A program made the position numbers and the translations under genes. Below, in pieces: positions 1-13,305 of a stretch of DNA of 64,000 nucleotides. Under the pieces are notes generated by a model. The model worked only from the letters and a program-made list of their open reading frames with translations. It was not told the DNA's origin and did not search any database. The stretch is taken from positions 71,920,001 to 71,984,000 of the forward strand of contig OX597824.1 of the NCBI GenBank assembly GCA_951406725.2. Reading direction: 5' to 3'. How positions within the stretch are numbered: the stretch's first letter is position 1; every line of letters starts with the position of its first letter. This stretch comes from Octopus vulgaris. Taxonomy: Eukaryota.

Positions 1-400
1 ATACTACTATTCACATTATAAGTGTTACAATTGTTATCATCATCCAAACCCAAAATCAACGAATGAGTTAATTTCACATTATCGGCTATATTCCTATCAC
101 TAGTACTAGTATTGGTAGTAGTAGTATGATCTATTACATTTATATTATCTCTGACAGGTACGGTGCACTCATTATTAGTAAGGAGGTTGTTCCCATTCGT
201 TCCAAGAAAGTTTCTATTCCTATTATTAATGAAGAGGGGCAAGTTTTCCTGGTCTAAATTCAATTTTCTATCCTTATAGAAGTGATCCAGTTTCTTGTTA
301 TTAAAAGAGGAGATAATGGTGGCTAGATTATGAGTAATGCTATATCCCACTCTAACAGTACCGTTGTTGGATATATATTATCCCATGGTGGGTTGAGTTT
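1..400 (-). mobile_element. Penelope-like element ORF fragment (RT-thumb to GIY-YIG linker)
   Basis: The minus strand translates [28 protein letters not shown], matching the PLE linker motif 'NTVKxSYSxxxNxxxIISxxNxKxL'. An Asn-rich spacer follows and runs off the window edge. Confidence 0.6.
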
Positions 401-423
401 TCAACCCCTATCTCATTTTATAA

Positions 424-426
<3 letters not shown>

Positions 427-467
<41 letters not shown>

Positions 468-471
468 TATA

Positions 472-533
<62 letters not shown>

Positions 534-573
534 AAACACACACACACATATACATACACACACACACACACAT

Positions 574-625
<52 letters not shown>
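427..625. repeat. Compound (TA)n/(CA)n microsatellite
   Basis: Directly visible; one of dozens of such tracts in the window. Confidence 0.95.
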
Positions 626-628
<3 letters not shown>

Positions 629-635
629 TGTTTAT

Positions 636-1090
636 TTTACAGATAAATTTCCTCTATTTACATAATATTGAGGTCTCTTTCTTTGTTTTGTTATCTTACT
701 GTTTTTACCAATACACACACACACGCACACACACATATATATATTTACCGAACAGGGTCGCTAGTAAAAACGTCAATACTTTAATAACTGGACTGAATTA
801 TTAATACAATAACCATGAAATACCTCTGTGCAGTAAATAATGACAACAATCGTTCTGTGCGAATAACTTCACGTTCAAAGTTTTAATCAGTCGCGTGACA
901 AACGATCGCGTACAGTGAGTGTACAATGTTCAATAAGGATTTCTGGGAAGAAGAAAGGTTTTCAACGGATGATATTAACTGTAGTAACATCTTACTTCGA
1001 ATGTAAGCATTCGATTATTTTGCTAATGGTAAGACAACAAAAGAATGAAAGAGACCTCGATATTATGTAAATCGAGGAATTTATCTGTAA
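636..1090. repeat. Inverted pair of a ~60-bp terminal repeat (636-700 vs 1030-1090); partial third copy ~21446-21487
   Basis: TTACAGATAAATTTCCTCTATTTACATAATATTGAGGTCTCTTTC is the near reverse complement of GAAAGAGACCTCGATATTATGTAAATCGAGGAATTTATCTGTAA. The pair lies between PLE fragments, so it is probably PLE terminal (pLTR) sequence. Confidence 0.65.
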
Positions 1091-1212
1091 CTTACTTTTT
1101 TGTACTTGTGACGGCGTTCACCCTGGGCGGGTTGAGCCGGCTTCTTCTCTGGTCCTGACGGCATCACGAACCATGGCGGCCCACACTCGACGGTCCTGTG
1201 CGAGGTCACTGG
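1090..1212 (-). mobile_element. RTE-clade LINE 3' end
   Basis: The minus strand reads DLAQDRRVWAAMVRDAVRTREEAGSTRPG*, containing the RTE C-terminal 'AQDRxxW' motif. A very short UTR and a CAAGTA-like tail follow. Confidence 0.65.
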
Positions 1213-1770
1213 AAATAGCTATGGGTTTCATGTAATAGGAGTGGAGGAGCTGCACTCTATTGTTCACAGTATCTAACCAAAGTTCAGTATCAAGGACAGG
1301 GAGTCTATTGTTAGGGTACCTAGTGGGGTAATCTATAGTTACCTTGATAATTTGGTGGATGGAGTTAGCTCTTCTCCATTATTCTCCTCTCGGTTTCTAC
1401 ATTACAGTTAAAAAAAGAGTTTGTCCTAACTAGAACATTAATGTCATCTACATACCTCCAGTAAAGCAAAACAGTTATGGGTTGATCCGCTAAAGATTGT
1501 TTAAGTTTTTTAGAAGCCGGCCACGTCTCTAGCTATATCGACACCGATGGCTGCACCTTGAACCTGCATGCATAGTTTTTTGTTAAATTTACTATGTGGT
1601 TCTTCAAGGTGGTTCTTATGCTAGCCCCTATTGCATGTGCAATCATTCTTTCCACCTGACTGTTGTTCTCAGAGTCCTGGGTGGGTATGGTGCAGCCACT
1701 CCAGCGGTCTGTGATGCTTTTCTTCACTGCCGAGGTGATGGTGGGTGGTCTTCCCCTCTGTGACTTGGTG
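1213..1770 (-). mobile_element. Penelope-like reverse transcriptase fragment (frameshifted)
   Basis: Across frames the minus strand gives NHIxKFxKKLCMQVQGAAIGVDIA, WRYVDDINV (catalytic YVDD) and ANSIHQIIKVTIDYPTRYPNNRLPVLDTELW...YYMKP. It is clearly homologous to 22824-23296. Confidence 0.8.
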
Positions 1771-1895
1771 GGGGTAGAATATATATGTATTTATGTATGT
1801 ATGTATGTATGTATGTATGTATGTATGTATGTATGTATGTATGTATGTATATGTATATATATGTGTACACACACACACGCATACACATATATGAA

Positions 1896-2128
1896 GGCAG
1901 CGAGCTGGCAGAAACGTTAGCGCACCGGGCGAAATGCTAAGCGGTATTTCGTCTGCCGCTACGTTCTGAGTTCAAATTCAGCCGAGGTCGACTTTGCCTT
2001 TCATCCTTTCGGAGGTCGATAAAAAAAAGTACCAGTTACGCACTGGGGTCGATGTAATCGGCTTAATCCCTTTGTCTGCTCTTGTTTGCCCCCTCTATGT
2101 TTAGCCCTTTGTAGGCAATAAAGAAATA
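1896..2128 (+). mobile_element. SINE family B (monomer)
   Basis: GGCAGCGAGCTGGCAGAAACGTTAG head, B-box-like GAGTTCAAATTC, body GTCGACTTTGCCTTTCATCCTTTCGG and tail AATAAAGAAATA. More than 10 related copies occur in the window. Confidence 0.85.
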
Positions 2129-2158
2129 TATATATATAAGTATATTCTCATGCATCAT

Positions 2159-2212
<54 letters not shown>

Positions 2213-2543
2213 TTAATTAGAAGATACGTTAACCCCACGTGAAGGGATGGTTGTATCCAAGGAAATACTGGTTCAACACATACACATACATACAAACATA
2301 CATGCAGTGAAAGGTTATATGTTTCAGTGAAAGATGAGAAACGTCAGTAGTGCTGCTAGATTGTATTGCATAATAGACATTGTAAATCAGTTGATAACAA
2401 AACGCCTTCTATGTCAGATATGCTAGCCACTCACTCATGACGTCTGTGCTATGACATTGTTACTACATAACTTACTGCTTGGATAGTTAGGGTCAGGCCA
2501 CGTTTACTATCCTGGCTGATCTTGACAGTGGAGGTGGGTTAGT

Positions 2544-2637
<94 letters not shown>

Positions 2638-2879
2638 ACACACAGACGCACACACACTCAGACACACACTCACACGCGGTCCTTTCCCTGTAAGTCAACA
2701 TTTAAAGAGGTCATATATTCAAAAAATCTGACAGACGTATGAAGCAGATGGTACACACGCACTTACACGCTCACAAACACACACCCACATACACACACAC
2801 ACGCACACACACACGCACGCGCACACATATATACATATATACATATATATATACACACACATATATACATATATATATA

Positions 2880-2931
<52 letters not shown>

Positions 2932-2990
2932 TATATATATATAATATATATATATATACACACATATGTACATATATATATATAAAATAT

Positions 2991-3025
<35 letters not shown>

Positions 3026-3273
3026 TTATACACACACACACACAACATTCCTTAAGTCTGGACGTCATAAATATCTTGCGCGTACCATTGAAAAATATAA
3101 TGGGGGAAAAGAAAAACACATAGAATAAGGGTTAGTATTAATGTTTAAAAAACAAATGTTTCGGCTTCATTGTTGGGGTACGAAAGTAACTAATGGTTGT
3201 TTCGTGACTGAAATGGGTGGGGACGTGTTGTCTAATGATGTGCGACGCAAAACCTAAGACACCCTCCCCCAAG

Positions 3274-3359
3274 CATACATACATACATATGTACGTATAT
3301 ACATACATACATACATATGTACGTATATACATACATACATACATACATACATACATACA

Positions 3360-3390
<31 letters not shown>

Positions 3391-4063
3391 GTACGTATAT
3401 ACATACATACATACATGCATACATACACGCACACATGCATACATACACACATACATACACACACATACATACATACATGTGTACGTATATACATACATAC
3501 GTTCATACATACATACATACATGCATACATGCATATATACACACATACATACTTAAATACATACATATGTACGTATATACATACATGCATACATACATGC
3601 ACACATACATACATACATACATACATACATACATACATACATACATACATACATACATACATACATACATACATACATACATACATAAATACATACATAC
3701 ATAGGATCTTTACCTTTTGACCGACAGATTTAAAAAATAATTTTTTGTAACTAAACCCTTTCAAACTTCGGACACTAGTAGACTGTGTCATATAAAACAT
3801 CTTTCACTCTTAGGGTTTTTGAGAAAAGCTTATATTTAGGAAGTTATATCACGTTAAAGTTGTAGTATTTCGGTAATGTCAACCAATCAATGACGTGTAT
3901 TCAGCTGAATAAAATTACTGCTGTTGTTTGTCAACAAGAACTTCCCATACATACATACATACATACATACATACATACATACATACATACATACATACAT
4001 ACATACATACATACATACATACATACATACATACATACATACATACATACATACATACATACA
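3274..4063. repeat. (TACA)n tract interrupted by a GG...CC element at 3704-3946
   Basis: Directly visible. Confidence 0.9.
3704..3946 (+). mobile_element. Non-autonomous GG-terminated element (same family as 20106-20441 and 13306-13560)
   Basis: GGATCTTTACCTTTTGACCGACAGATTT...AACCAATCAATGACGTGTATTCAGCTGAATAAAATTACTG is near-identical to the reverse complement of 20205-20441. Confidence 0.75.
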
Positions 4064-5151
4064 TCACAGCCATGAAAATGAGTCGCCCCCTGAATACCAG
4101 TATGATTCGAAAAATACAAGAGAAAGCGGACATCTATGGACCATTCATAAGGCGTTTGTGAATCCAGTACTCAAGATACACTTCACTTTCATAACCATTC
4201 CTCCTCCTCCTCCCTCCTCCCCTCCTCCCCGCCTCCCCCACTCCTCCCCCCCACCCCTCCTCCTCCCCTCCTCCCTCCTCCTCCTCCTCCCCTCCTCCTC
4301 TAACTGGTCTTGCTCTGTTTGCGCACCCGTAACTTAGCGGCTCGTCAAAACATACTAACTGGTTAAGTACCAGACTTGAAAAATAAGCGCCGGCGTCGAT
4401 TTGTCCAGCAAAACTCTTCAAGATGCCGTCCTAAGACTGAAACATGTAAAAGATAAAAGACGAGAAAAAAAAAAGTACCTTTGCTGTTCAGTGCTCAGAG
4501 ACTCCCTAACTTGTTCGAGGATCTGCGTTGTATTACATAACAGAAACCTTAATCAATAAGTACTGAGAACACATTTTTAATTCAGCAGCCCAGCAGTTTC
4601 TGTCACGTCAATTACAATAATGTATGACAAGAGATCATTTTAACGATACGTATTTCAGTAGACATATATTTGTGTAAGAATGAATTAATAAATAAGTAAA
4701 TAGATAACAAATAAATAACAAAACAAACAAACAAACAAACAAAAAAACTAAACGGTACAGCAATACAAACAAAGACAAATACAATAGGGAACGAATCTTC
4801 GTTTCGTTTATTATCATTATTTTTATTACATTTATTTTTACGATGTTTTTTCTTATAGGAAATATGTCAATATGTTGTTGTGAAGAAGAAAAATAAAATG
4901 TGTCCATTGTTGACCCAGAAAAGGTAGTTTATTCTTAGTTCTCTGCTGAGGTTTTGCGTGTTTGATTTTGGCTTATTTGTTCGTTGTTTGTTAGTTGGTT
5001 GGTTGGGCGGATTTATTTACAAATACAATCATAAGTACACACGCACACACGCACACACACACACACACACACGCGCACACACACACACACACATTATGCA
5101 TGTATGTATGTATGTATGTATGTATGTATGTATGTATGTATGTATGTATGT

Positions 5152-5355
5152 GCCATGATAGATCGGCAGCCACTACACACATTTTTTTCTCTCCTTGTTT
5201 CTCCCCTTATTTCTTTCTGTGTTCCTTTCTGTGGAAGAGCGTAGGCTCGAAACGTTAAAGACTTTTTCAGTTCCCGAGCGTTATACTAATACATCTGTTT
5301 ATTTTCTACACCACCTGTCTTCGTCTTTTGTTTTTTTTCGTGAATTCTCCCCCTA
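5152..5355 (+). mobile_element. ~200-bp non-coding PLE-terminal-like element with HHR-like motif (5225-5260)
   Basis: CTTT-CTGTGGA-A-GAGC-gtag-GCTC-GAAA-CG-TT-AAAG, flanked on both sides by (TATG)n. Homologous to 43990-44195. Confidence 0.6.
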
Positions 5356-5666
5356 TGTATGTATGTGTATATGTATGTATTTATGTGTGTATGTATGTAT
5401 GTATGTATGTATGTATGTATGTATGTATGTATGTATGTATGTGTGTATGTATTTAGGCATGTGTGTATGTATGTGTGTATGTACGTAGGTCTGTAGATAA
5501 GTATACTTACACACATACATATATACGCACATACTTTATTGATACGCGTGCGTGTGCGCGTGTGCATATGCATACATGCACACACCATACAGATATGTAT
5601 ATGAGTGTGTGTGTGTGTGTGTGTACGAATGACTATAATTATGTATAAATGTGAGTGTGTATACAT

Positions 5667-5781
<115 letters not shown>

Positions 5782-5983
5782 CATGTATAAACATACACAC
5801 ATACATATATACATACATACAGACATACATACATACCAGAGGAACTGGTTAGTGCCCATGATCTTGTAGACTGTCAATAGTGATAGTGGGGCACAACATT
5901 TGGATATACATGTTTAGAGAGTGTGCAATGTAGCGGTGTTAGTCAATACAAGTGTGTATACAGATACGCATATATAACTGTCA

Positions 5984-6060
5984 ACTCTGAAGAGCGCAGG
6001 ATTACATAACCGGCTTGTTACCGAACATCCCGTTGAATATCTAGTGCGAAACCGATTAGT
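5984..6060 (+). ncRNA. Type I hammerhead ribozyme-like motif
   Basis: ACT-CTGAAGA-GCGC...GTGC-GAAA-CCGA-TT-AGT: intact core boxes, stem II GCGC/GTGC and stem I ACT/AGT. Confidence 0.55.
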
Positions 6061-6120
6061 AAGATGGGTCATAATGGATAAATAATACAGTACACTTCGA
6101 TTAATATGTGTGTGTGTGTG

Positions 6121-6420
6121 AGGGCGCATGGATTGGTGGTTAGGGTGTTGCACTCAAGATCTAGCGACAGTGATTTCAGTTCTTAGATCGGACAGTGCAT
6201 TGTGTTCTTGAGCAAAACACGTTATCTCATGTTGCTCTGTGATCACTTCGACACTTAACGCGTGGTACATCTGTTCAGTGGGACGCGTGCACCTGTTCAG
6301 ACAACGTTGATTTGATGCAGAGAGTAAGTAATGTGCGGAATGAACATTTGATCATTAGAATCAAATCATTTGTGCAGAGCGTTCGGTAAAAAGCTGAACA
6401 CTCACGTGTCGTGAGTCCAT
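6121..6420 (+). mobile_element. tRNA-derived SINE (degraded, family A-related head)
   Basis: GGCGCATGGATTGGTGGTTAGGG A-box-like head and the conserved TGTTCTTGAGCAAAACAC block shared with 32619-32870 and 53530-53730. Confidence 0.6.
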
Positions 6421-6421
6421 C

Positions 6422-6484
<63 letters not shown>

Positions 6485-6593
6485 CCGAAATTGCGAGGAT
6501 GATCCGGTTCTTGACTGAAGATTAGAGACTTCGAATGACCCGTCCGTGTTTTTTGTATCGTCTGTTTGAATATTTTGCGTTCTTGTCCCATTT

Positions 6594-6648
<55 letters not shown>

Positions 6649-6684
6649 CAGCGTACGTACACCTTGTTCTCTTATATATAAACA

Positions 6685-6730
<46 letters not shown>

Positions 6731-6746
6731 CATACATATATATATA

Positions 6747-6780
<34 letters not shown>

Positions 6781-6782
6781 CG

Positions 6783-6871
<89 letters not shown>

Positions 6872-7211
6872 CACATGCATTCATGCATACATATATACAT
6901 ACATAAATACTTCTATGTCTGTATCCGTATACATAAACATATATATGTATCAATTAATAAATGACATCACCTTGTAACTGTTTCACCTATAAGAAGCCTG
7001 TATTTAGAGTTGAGTGCGTGTGCGACATCATCAAATCGCTATGCCTCAGCAAAATAATAGACTACATATATATATTACGCATGTGTGTGTATATATACAT
7101 ACATACATACATACATACACACACATACATACATATATATGTACATACATACTGGACATACAAACATCCATACACATTATCGCATGCATGCACGCACACA
7201 CACGAATGTGT

Positions 7212-7266
<55 letters not shown>

Positions 7267-7304
7267 ATATATACATGTATTTATGTATATATGCATATAT
7301 GACC

Positions 7305-7530
7305 TTACGATGCGACGCATTGTGTCCTTGAGCACTTTATTTCACGTTGCTCCAGTTCATTCAGCTAGCAAGAATGAGTAGTATCTGTATTTCAAAGGCC
7401 CAACCTTGTCACACTCTGTATCACGCTGAACCCCCCGCCCCTGAGAACTACGTGAAGGGTGCACGTGTCTGTGGAGTGCTCAGCTACTTGCACGTTAATT
7501 TCACGGTCGTCGTAATCGACGGAGTGCTCC
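7305..7530 (+). mobile_element. SINE body fragment (diverged inverted relative at ~56590-56720)
   Basis: GTGTCCTTGAGCACTTTATTTCACGTTGCTCCAGTTCATTCAGCT is shared with the 32619 copy. Confidence 0.55.
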
Positions 7531-7937
7531 TCATACACATACACACACACACACACCGCCAGCGTCGTGATTCCGTATCAGTTACGCAGGTGCGCTTTCA
7601 CCAGAACCACAGTTAGAAAGTTATTCGGTCAGCCAGCAGATAGACAGCAAGGTATCCGAATGGGAGTAACTTGGCCGAGGAGGAGGAGGAGAGGGTTATC
7701 TATATGGAACAAGGACTTCAATTAATTTGAGATAACTATACACAGGAGACTTAAAATGTACGATATCCAGTGTTCAGGGCCAATTATTAATAACACAAGA
7801 TAATAAACCATTCTAGAATTTGTGCGGTTTGAGTTTGCTATACAGCAATATCTCCTCCATCGATAATGCACCATGACCAAAAAGTCGACTGTTCGTATCC
7901 AGCATTAAACAGTCGGTGCATTATCTAAATTCACTTG

Positions 7938-8680
7938 TGTTGTTTATCCCCAACTCAGCTCTGATCCAGAAAGGTCTATTATCAAAGGTGTTCCAACGGT
8001 GGTTATTCTATCTTTTTGAAGGTATATCGTACTACATTCTTAGCGTGCTTAGCGTATCCTTCCCTTAAGTAAGATGATAGTGAGTAATTTGAGCGGTAAT
8101 CTGCTATTTATAACAGGTCGCATGACAACGTAAATACAACCCCATTGGCTTTTTTTGATGTCGTTGCTTAACCCCAGATCAGCCCTGATCGAGCAGACTT
8201 GTGATCAAGAGACATTCTATACGCGATTATCTTGTCTGCCTTCTAAATGCAGAAAATCTAAGTCAATAATCTCCAATATATCCTCTTATGGAGGCACATT
8301 GCCTAGTGGTTAGAGCAGCGGATTCGCGGTCGAGGGATCGTGGGTTCGAATCTCAGACCGGGCGATGTGTGTGTTTATGAGCGAAACATCTAAGCTCCAC
8401 GCGGCTCCGGCAGAAGGTAATGGTGAAACTTCTGCTGACTCTTTCGCCACAACTTTCTCTCACTCTTTCCTCTTGCAGCTCACCTGCGACGGACTGGCGT
8501 CCCGTCTAGGTGGGTAACCTATACGCCAAGGAAACCGGGAAACCGGCCCTTATGAGCCAGGCATGGCTCGAGCAGAAACAAACAAATATATCCTCTTCTA
8601 AGTCGGTATGTCACAATTTGAGGAAGATTTGGCTACTTTTAATGGCAGGTCTAGCTTCCTAGTAGAAGCAACTTTGATTT
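7938..8680 (-). mobile_element. Family D SINE-like repeat, two tandem copies (the second interrupted by SINE A)
   Basis: Recurrent blocks CCCAGGTCAGCCCTGATCGAGCAGAC..ATCAAAGG and GATTTGGCTGCTATTTCTAGCAGGTC. Further copies at ~9390-9650, 15140-15322, 18025-18594, 26215-26490 and 51330-51550. Confidence 0.65.
8289..8584 (+). mobile_element. tRNA-derived SINE family A, full length with 13-bp TSD
   Basis: A box TGCCTAGTGGTTAG, B box GGTTCGAATCTC and 3' CCGGGAAACCGGCCC. TSD AATATATCCTCTT at 8275-8287 and 8585-8597. Confidence 0.9.
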
Positions 8681-8762
8681 GTTTTCCTTTTAACGTACAG
8701 CCTATGTTTGGCATGCGTGTATGTGTATAGTGGTTGTTACTTTTTGGTCCTGGGTTAGTTCT

Positions 8763-9050
8763 GCGACCATGCTGGGAAACTGCTTTGGAGAATATTTAGT
8801 CAAATGTACTGAGCCCAGGACTTAATTTTTTAAAGCTTGGTACTTATCCTATCGGTCTCTTTTGCTGAACCGTTAAGTTACAGGAACGTAAACACACCAG
8901 CACCGGCTGTCAAGCGTTGGGGAAGGGAAAACATAGATACAAAGACACACACACACGACGGTTTTCTTTCAGTTTCCGTCTACCAAATTCACTCACGAGG
9001 CTTCGGAGAAGACACTTGCCCAAGGTGCCACGCATTGGGATTGAACAACT
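8763..9050 (-). mobile_element. SINE family C (degraded)
   Basis: Matches 33709-34128 (GTACTTATxCTATCGGTCTCTTTTGC; TTTCAGTTTCCGTCTACCAAAT). Confidence 0.75.
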
Positions 9051-11292
9051 CCGAACATGTTTCAGTATTATTAGACCTCATCCGCTTAGCATAGACTTGT
9101 ATTAAGTATATATACAATAGCGTAGACGAATAGGCGTAGAAAATTAGCATATATAAAGAATAAATTACTGAAACGAATAGCTAGGCTGGGCAAGGATCCA
9201 TCTTAAAGCATTGGTGTGTTGGACATTTGCCCAAAGCTCCCACGGGTTTAGTGACCCAGCGCTAACCTATTCATGTTGTGGTTTGCTGTCATACGTCTCA
9301 ATGCATTGCTTTGCCGATGATATGGTGCTGTTTAGATGATTATAAGCTGGACTATTTATAATTCCGTCAGAAGTAACAATTTATACATTGCTGTTGTTGT
9401 TCAGTCTCAGGTTAGTCCTGAAAGGCCTATAATTTAAAGGCCTGTAATCTAATCTGAAAGGCTTATAATCTAAAACATTCCAGTCGTGAACATCTCGCCT
9501 TTTTCTCAGACCCAATGCATCAACGGCCGCCTTATCCAATGTCTCCGTTTCTCAGACAGTGGGGTGTGATTTGAGAGATTCGACTGATATTGCAAGAAAA
9601 TTGAGTAAATGTTAGTTCGGCTCTATCATTGGTTTGTCTCTCTTGTTGGCTCAGTCTGAGAATATAACCACAGGCAAATATGCCACTGTAAATAAAGCTT
9701 ACACTTTTTAACTAGAGAAACACTTGTTTGATATATTAAAACCATCGTCCTCTGCGGCTACTAATCATTCTCAGGGGGAATTGTCGCCTACCAATTGTTT
9801 GGATAATCTCATTTAATTGAAGTTTATAATACTGTATATTGGTTTTATTTCCAATACGAGCAGAAACCCGTGCAGTAAATTAAATGGCTTAGAATAGGAT
9901 CGGTTGTTAGTTTGCTAATGCATATGATCATATGTCTGACCTGTAACGTCCCTCCCTAGGAAGCATGACTGAGCAAGTTTTCTGTCAGGTCAGCAGTTTC
10001 CAATGTAGAATGTCTCCTTTTTCCTGTCACCGATGATTCCAAGAGGAAGGACTAAACCCGATATTGCGAAGCACAAATGTTGTCACAGGAGTTACTGTCA
10101 GCACGCTACGAACCGAAAGAAATACAACAAGGTATAGTAGCTGGCGCGAAATAAGTCGAGAGACAAACCGCGCTAGATGCCAACCAATCAGATCAGTGGT
10201 TACAACAGGGTCAAACTAGCCAAAGATGGTTGTAATCTCAAACGAGATCATTCTTATTGTGTCTCTCAAAGAATGAGGATATCAATATCGCTACAGTATC
10301 TTGTACGACTCGCTAACAATTCCACGAATCGGCTACTCAAGATTAGTTGTACTTTATTTATTGACCCAGAAAAGGTGACCAATAAAGTTGACCTTCGCGA
10401 GATTTGACAAAAGTTTTCATACCCATACATCAAATCCTTCTGGAAGAGACCTAAAACGAAACTTAAAAAGTGAAACCAACTATTTTGTTTCAATTCTGTA
10501 CGAAGGAAAGAGAATGAATGCGGTAGCAAAAATTTGAAAGTGTTCTCTGCGTTGTTAAACATACTACAGACCAAAATCGCTTAAGATGCAGTTTAGTGCC
10601 CTAAAAAGTGAAAGTAAATGGTGATTGAAACTGAGAATGACGACAGTGAAATCCCACAATTTCATTGTATTTATATAATGTGAAAACGATGTCTAGAATG
10701 AATATATAGTTTTTTTTACGGTCTCTGAATTAATTTTGCCACATATACTCATAGAAATACGATGTTGATAAAGCCTCACTCGTTCCACGAATATTCGACG
10801 TCCTTCGAAAGACTGCGTACGGATGCTCTCACTCTGAGATCAACAAAATTTAAAGAATAATTCACTACAATATATGTAGCCTAAACTAACATAACAAGTT
10901 CACCCATTAAATATCAGGCATGTCCATATTAATATCCACTGCGTTATAATGGGCCAAAATGTTTCGCATGCACAAATGGGAATCTCAGGCAGTATTTTCC
11001 TGTAACCCTTTCTACTGCATCAAACACCCATTTCCTTTAGACCATTTACGTTTGTAATTTTTTCGATACATATTTATGAAATTACAGGATTTCCTTATCG
11101 TTATTTCCGACTCAATTTGCTTTTACTTTTTTCTTTACAAAACTAAACTGTATATTAACCCAAATATCGATGGGGGTATTTCGTAATTATCGAAATTAGA
11201 TTATTCTCATGTAGTTACTTTCCATCGAATTATGTTGCAATAATATGCATTAAAATATATTATCATACACTGCATTAAATTTCAATAATTAT

Positions 11293-11470
11293 GATTACCT
11301 TGCGCGCGAAAACGAAAGCAGGGTATTATTATCACTTGTCTTTGTCTGTTTGTCTGTGTGCTTGCAAAATTACTGGAAAACGGCTGAACAAAATTTCACC
11401 ACATATGGCAGAAATACTCATTGGATGATAAGCAAGTGGTCATATTATTTTGTTCACTTTCTTTTTCATA
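11293..11470 (+). mobile_element. Possible Helentron/DINE-like non-autonomous fragment
   Basis: ATTACC..GGGTATT start, GTCTGTTTGTCTGT microrepeat and an AAAACGGCTGAACAAAATTTCACC block, an organisation typical of DINE/HINE elements. Confidence 0.4.
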
Positions 11471-11667
11471 GGAATCGATCCTTGTCTGCGTGTGTATAGA
11501 TCATGGTACACCTATGCGCGTAGACACGTGTGCGTACATACATAGATACATACATAATACATACATACATACATACATACATACATGCATACATGCATAC
11601 ATATATATACATACATGCATGCATGCATGCATACATACATACATACATACATACATACATACATACA

Positions 11668-11701
<34 letters not shown>

Positions 11702-12019
11702 ATTAAAAAAATACACATTAAGTACAGGGCATCACCAGCGATTTGAACTTAGAACGTAAAGAGCTGTAACTAAATACTGCAAAGTGTTTTGTCCGACGCT
11801 CAAGAATCAGCACCCTGTAATATAACACAACACACACAACACACACTCTATGCAATCACTCCTCAATAAAGTGACACAACCGCCTTGCGTAATTGACACT
11901 CGGTACTACAACATATCCCAACTAAAACTAAACACAAGCGCCGGCCAACAATATAAACACAACCCATTATGCATACAACATACATACATAATACACACAC
12001 ACACGCATATACACATACA

Positions 12020-12080
<61 letters not shown>

Positions 12081-12600
12081 ACACGCACACACACACACAC
12101 ACCCATATATATATACATATACATATAAACACACACATATATAATACACATATATAAAATGCATTCACACACAAACACATATATATACATACACATACGC
12201 ACATATAAGTAGGAGAATAGAGTATTTCCTGTTTCCTGATATGAAAGGATTGTGTCTATAAGCCAGAGGTCGGAATCGGAAGGCGGAGAGGTATTATGTG
12301 GAATTAGTGGTGTTGCAGTGTGTGGGTGGGGTAGGTTCAGAGTTGTTGAAACGTCTTTTGAAGCGTTGAAAAATTGCTAATTGGGTGTGACAGAGGGATC
12401 GTTAAAAAAAAAGGGCGGTAGGTGGGGCTCCTACGGACAGTGAGAAACATCCGGTAGTGGAAGATACTTCCGGTTCGAGACAGTAGAAGTGGAGTGTATA
12501 GTAGTGTGAATTATAATGCTGAAGACTCGAAACGCTTGTAGTAGTAGTAGTAGTAGTAATGGTGGTTGTGGTGGTTGTGGTGGTTGTGGTTGTGGTGGTG

Positions 12601-12642
<42 letters not shown>

Positions 12643-13305
12643 TTCCAGTCTCGGTAGTAACCGAGGGAAAGGTGGTTGTACTTGTGTGACATAGTGCAGA
12701 AGTGCCCTGACTTATTTCCAAACATCGCAGAATCCATATCTATATAGCTCAGATAATTCTTGCCACCATAATATTACTAAGCTATTAAAAATTTCTACAC
12801 ATATAATAACTTACACTGAAAATGCATTTTTTTAATGAAACAGACTTTTATTAAACTTTATTTAAAACAAAAAAAAAAACACCTCATCTCGTAGAACCCC
12901 AGAAATTTTTTCAAGGAAACTTGGGAGTTCCTTGAATGATGGGGATATTAATGAATGGAAGATGCACGTTCGCTGTTGTAGATAGCTTGTGTTAATAATG
13001 GTAGTAATATGTGTAGAATCATAGCCTAGCGGTTAAAATGTTTGCTTTGCATTCACCAGGACCTGGGGTATCTCGGACAAGTGTATTCTACCATAGGCTC
13101 GATACAAGTTAAAAGCTGTATCTTGTCTTTCTCTTGGATACCATCTGCATTGTGGAAAATGGAATTCACAGAATGGTCAGGTGCAGATACAAAGCAAACA
13201 CTGACCAGCCTTTATGTGTGCTTGTGCGTGTGTGCGTGCGCTTGTATATATTTATATGTACGTATGCATATTGTGTGTGTAATCTCAACAAAAAGGAAGG
13301 ATACA

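Noticed and set aside
8289-8365. tRNA gene-like sequences (also 17890, 32220, 35942, 54456)
   Set aside because: They are SINE heads: each continues into a shared body and tail, most are TSD-flanked, and the cloverleaf pairing is imperfect.
9942-10204. TGTAAC...GTTACA segment as a solo LTR
   Set aside because: Single copy, no matching TSD, and short.
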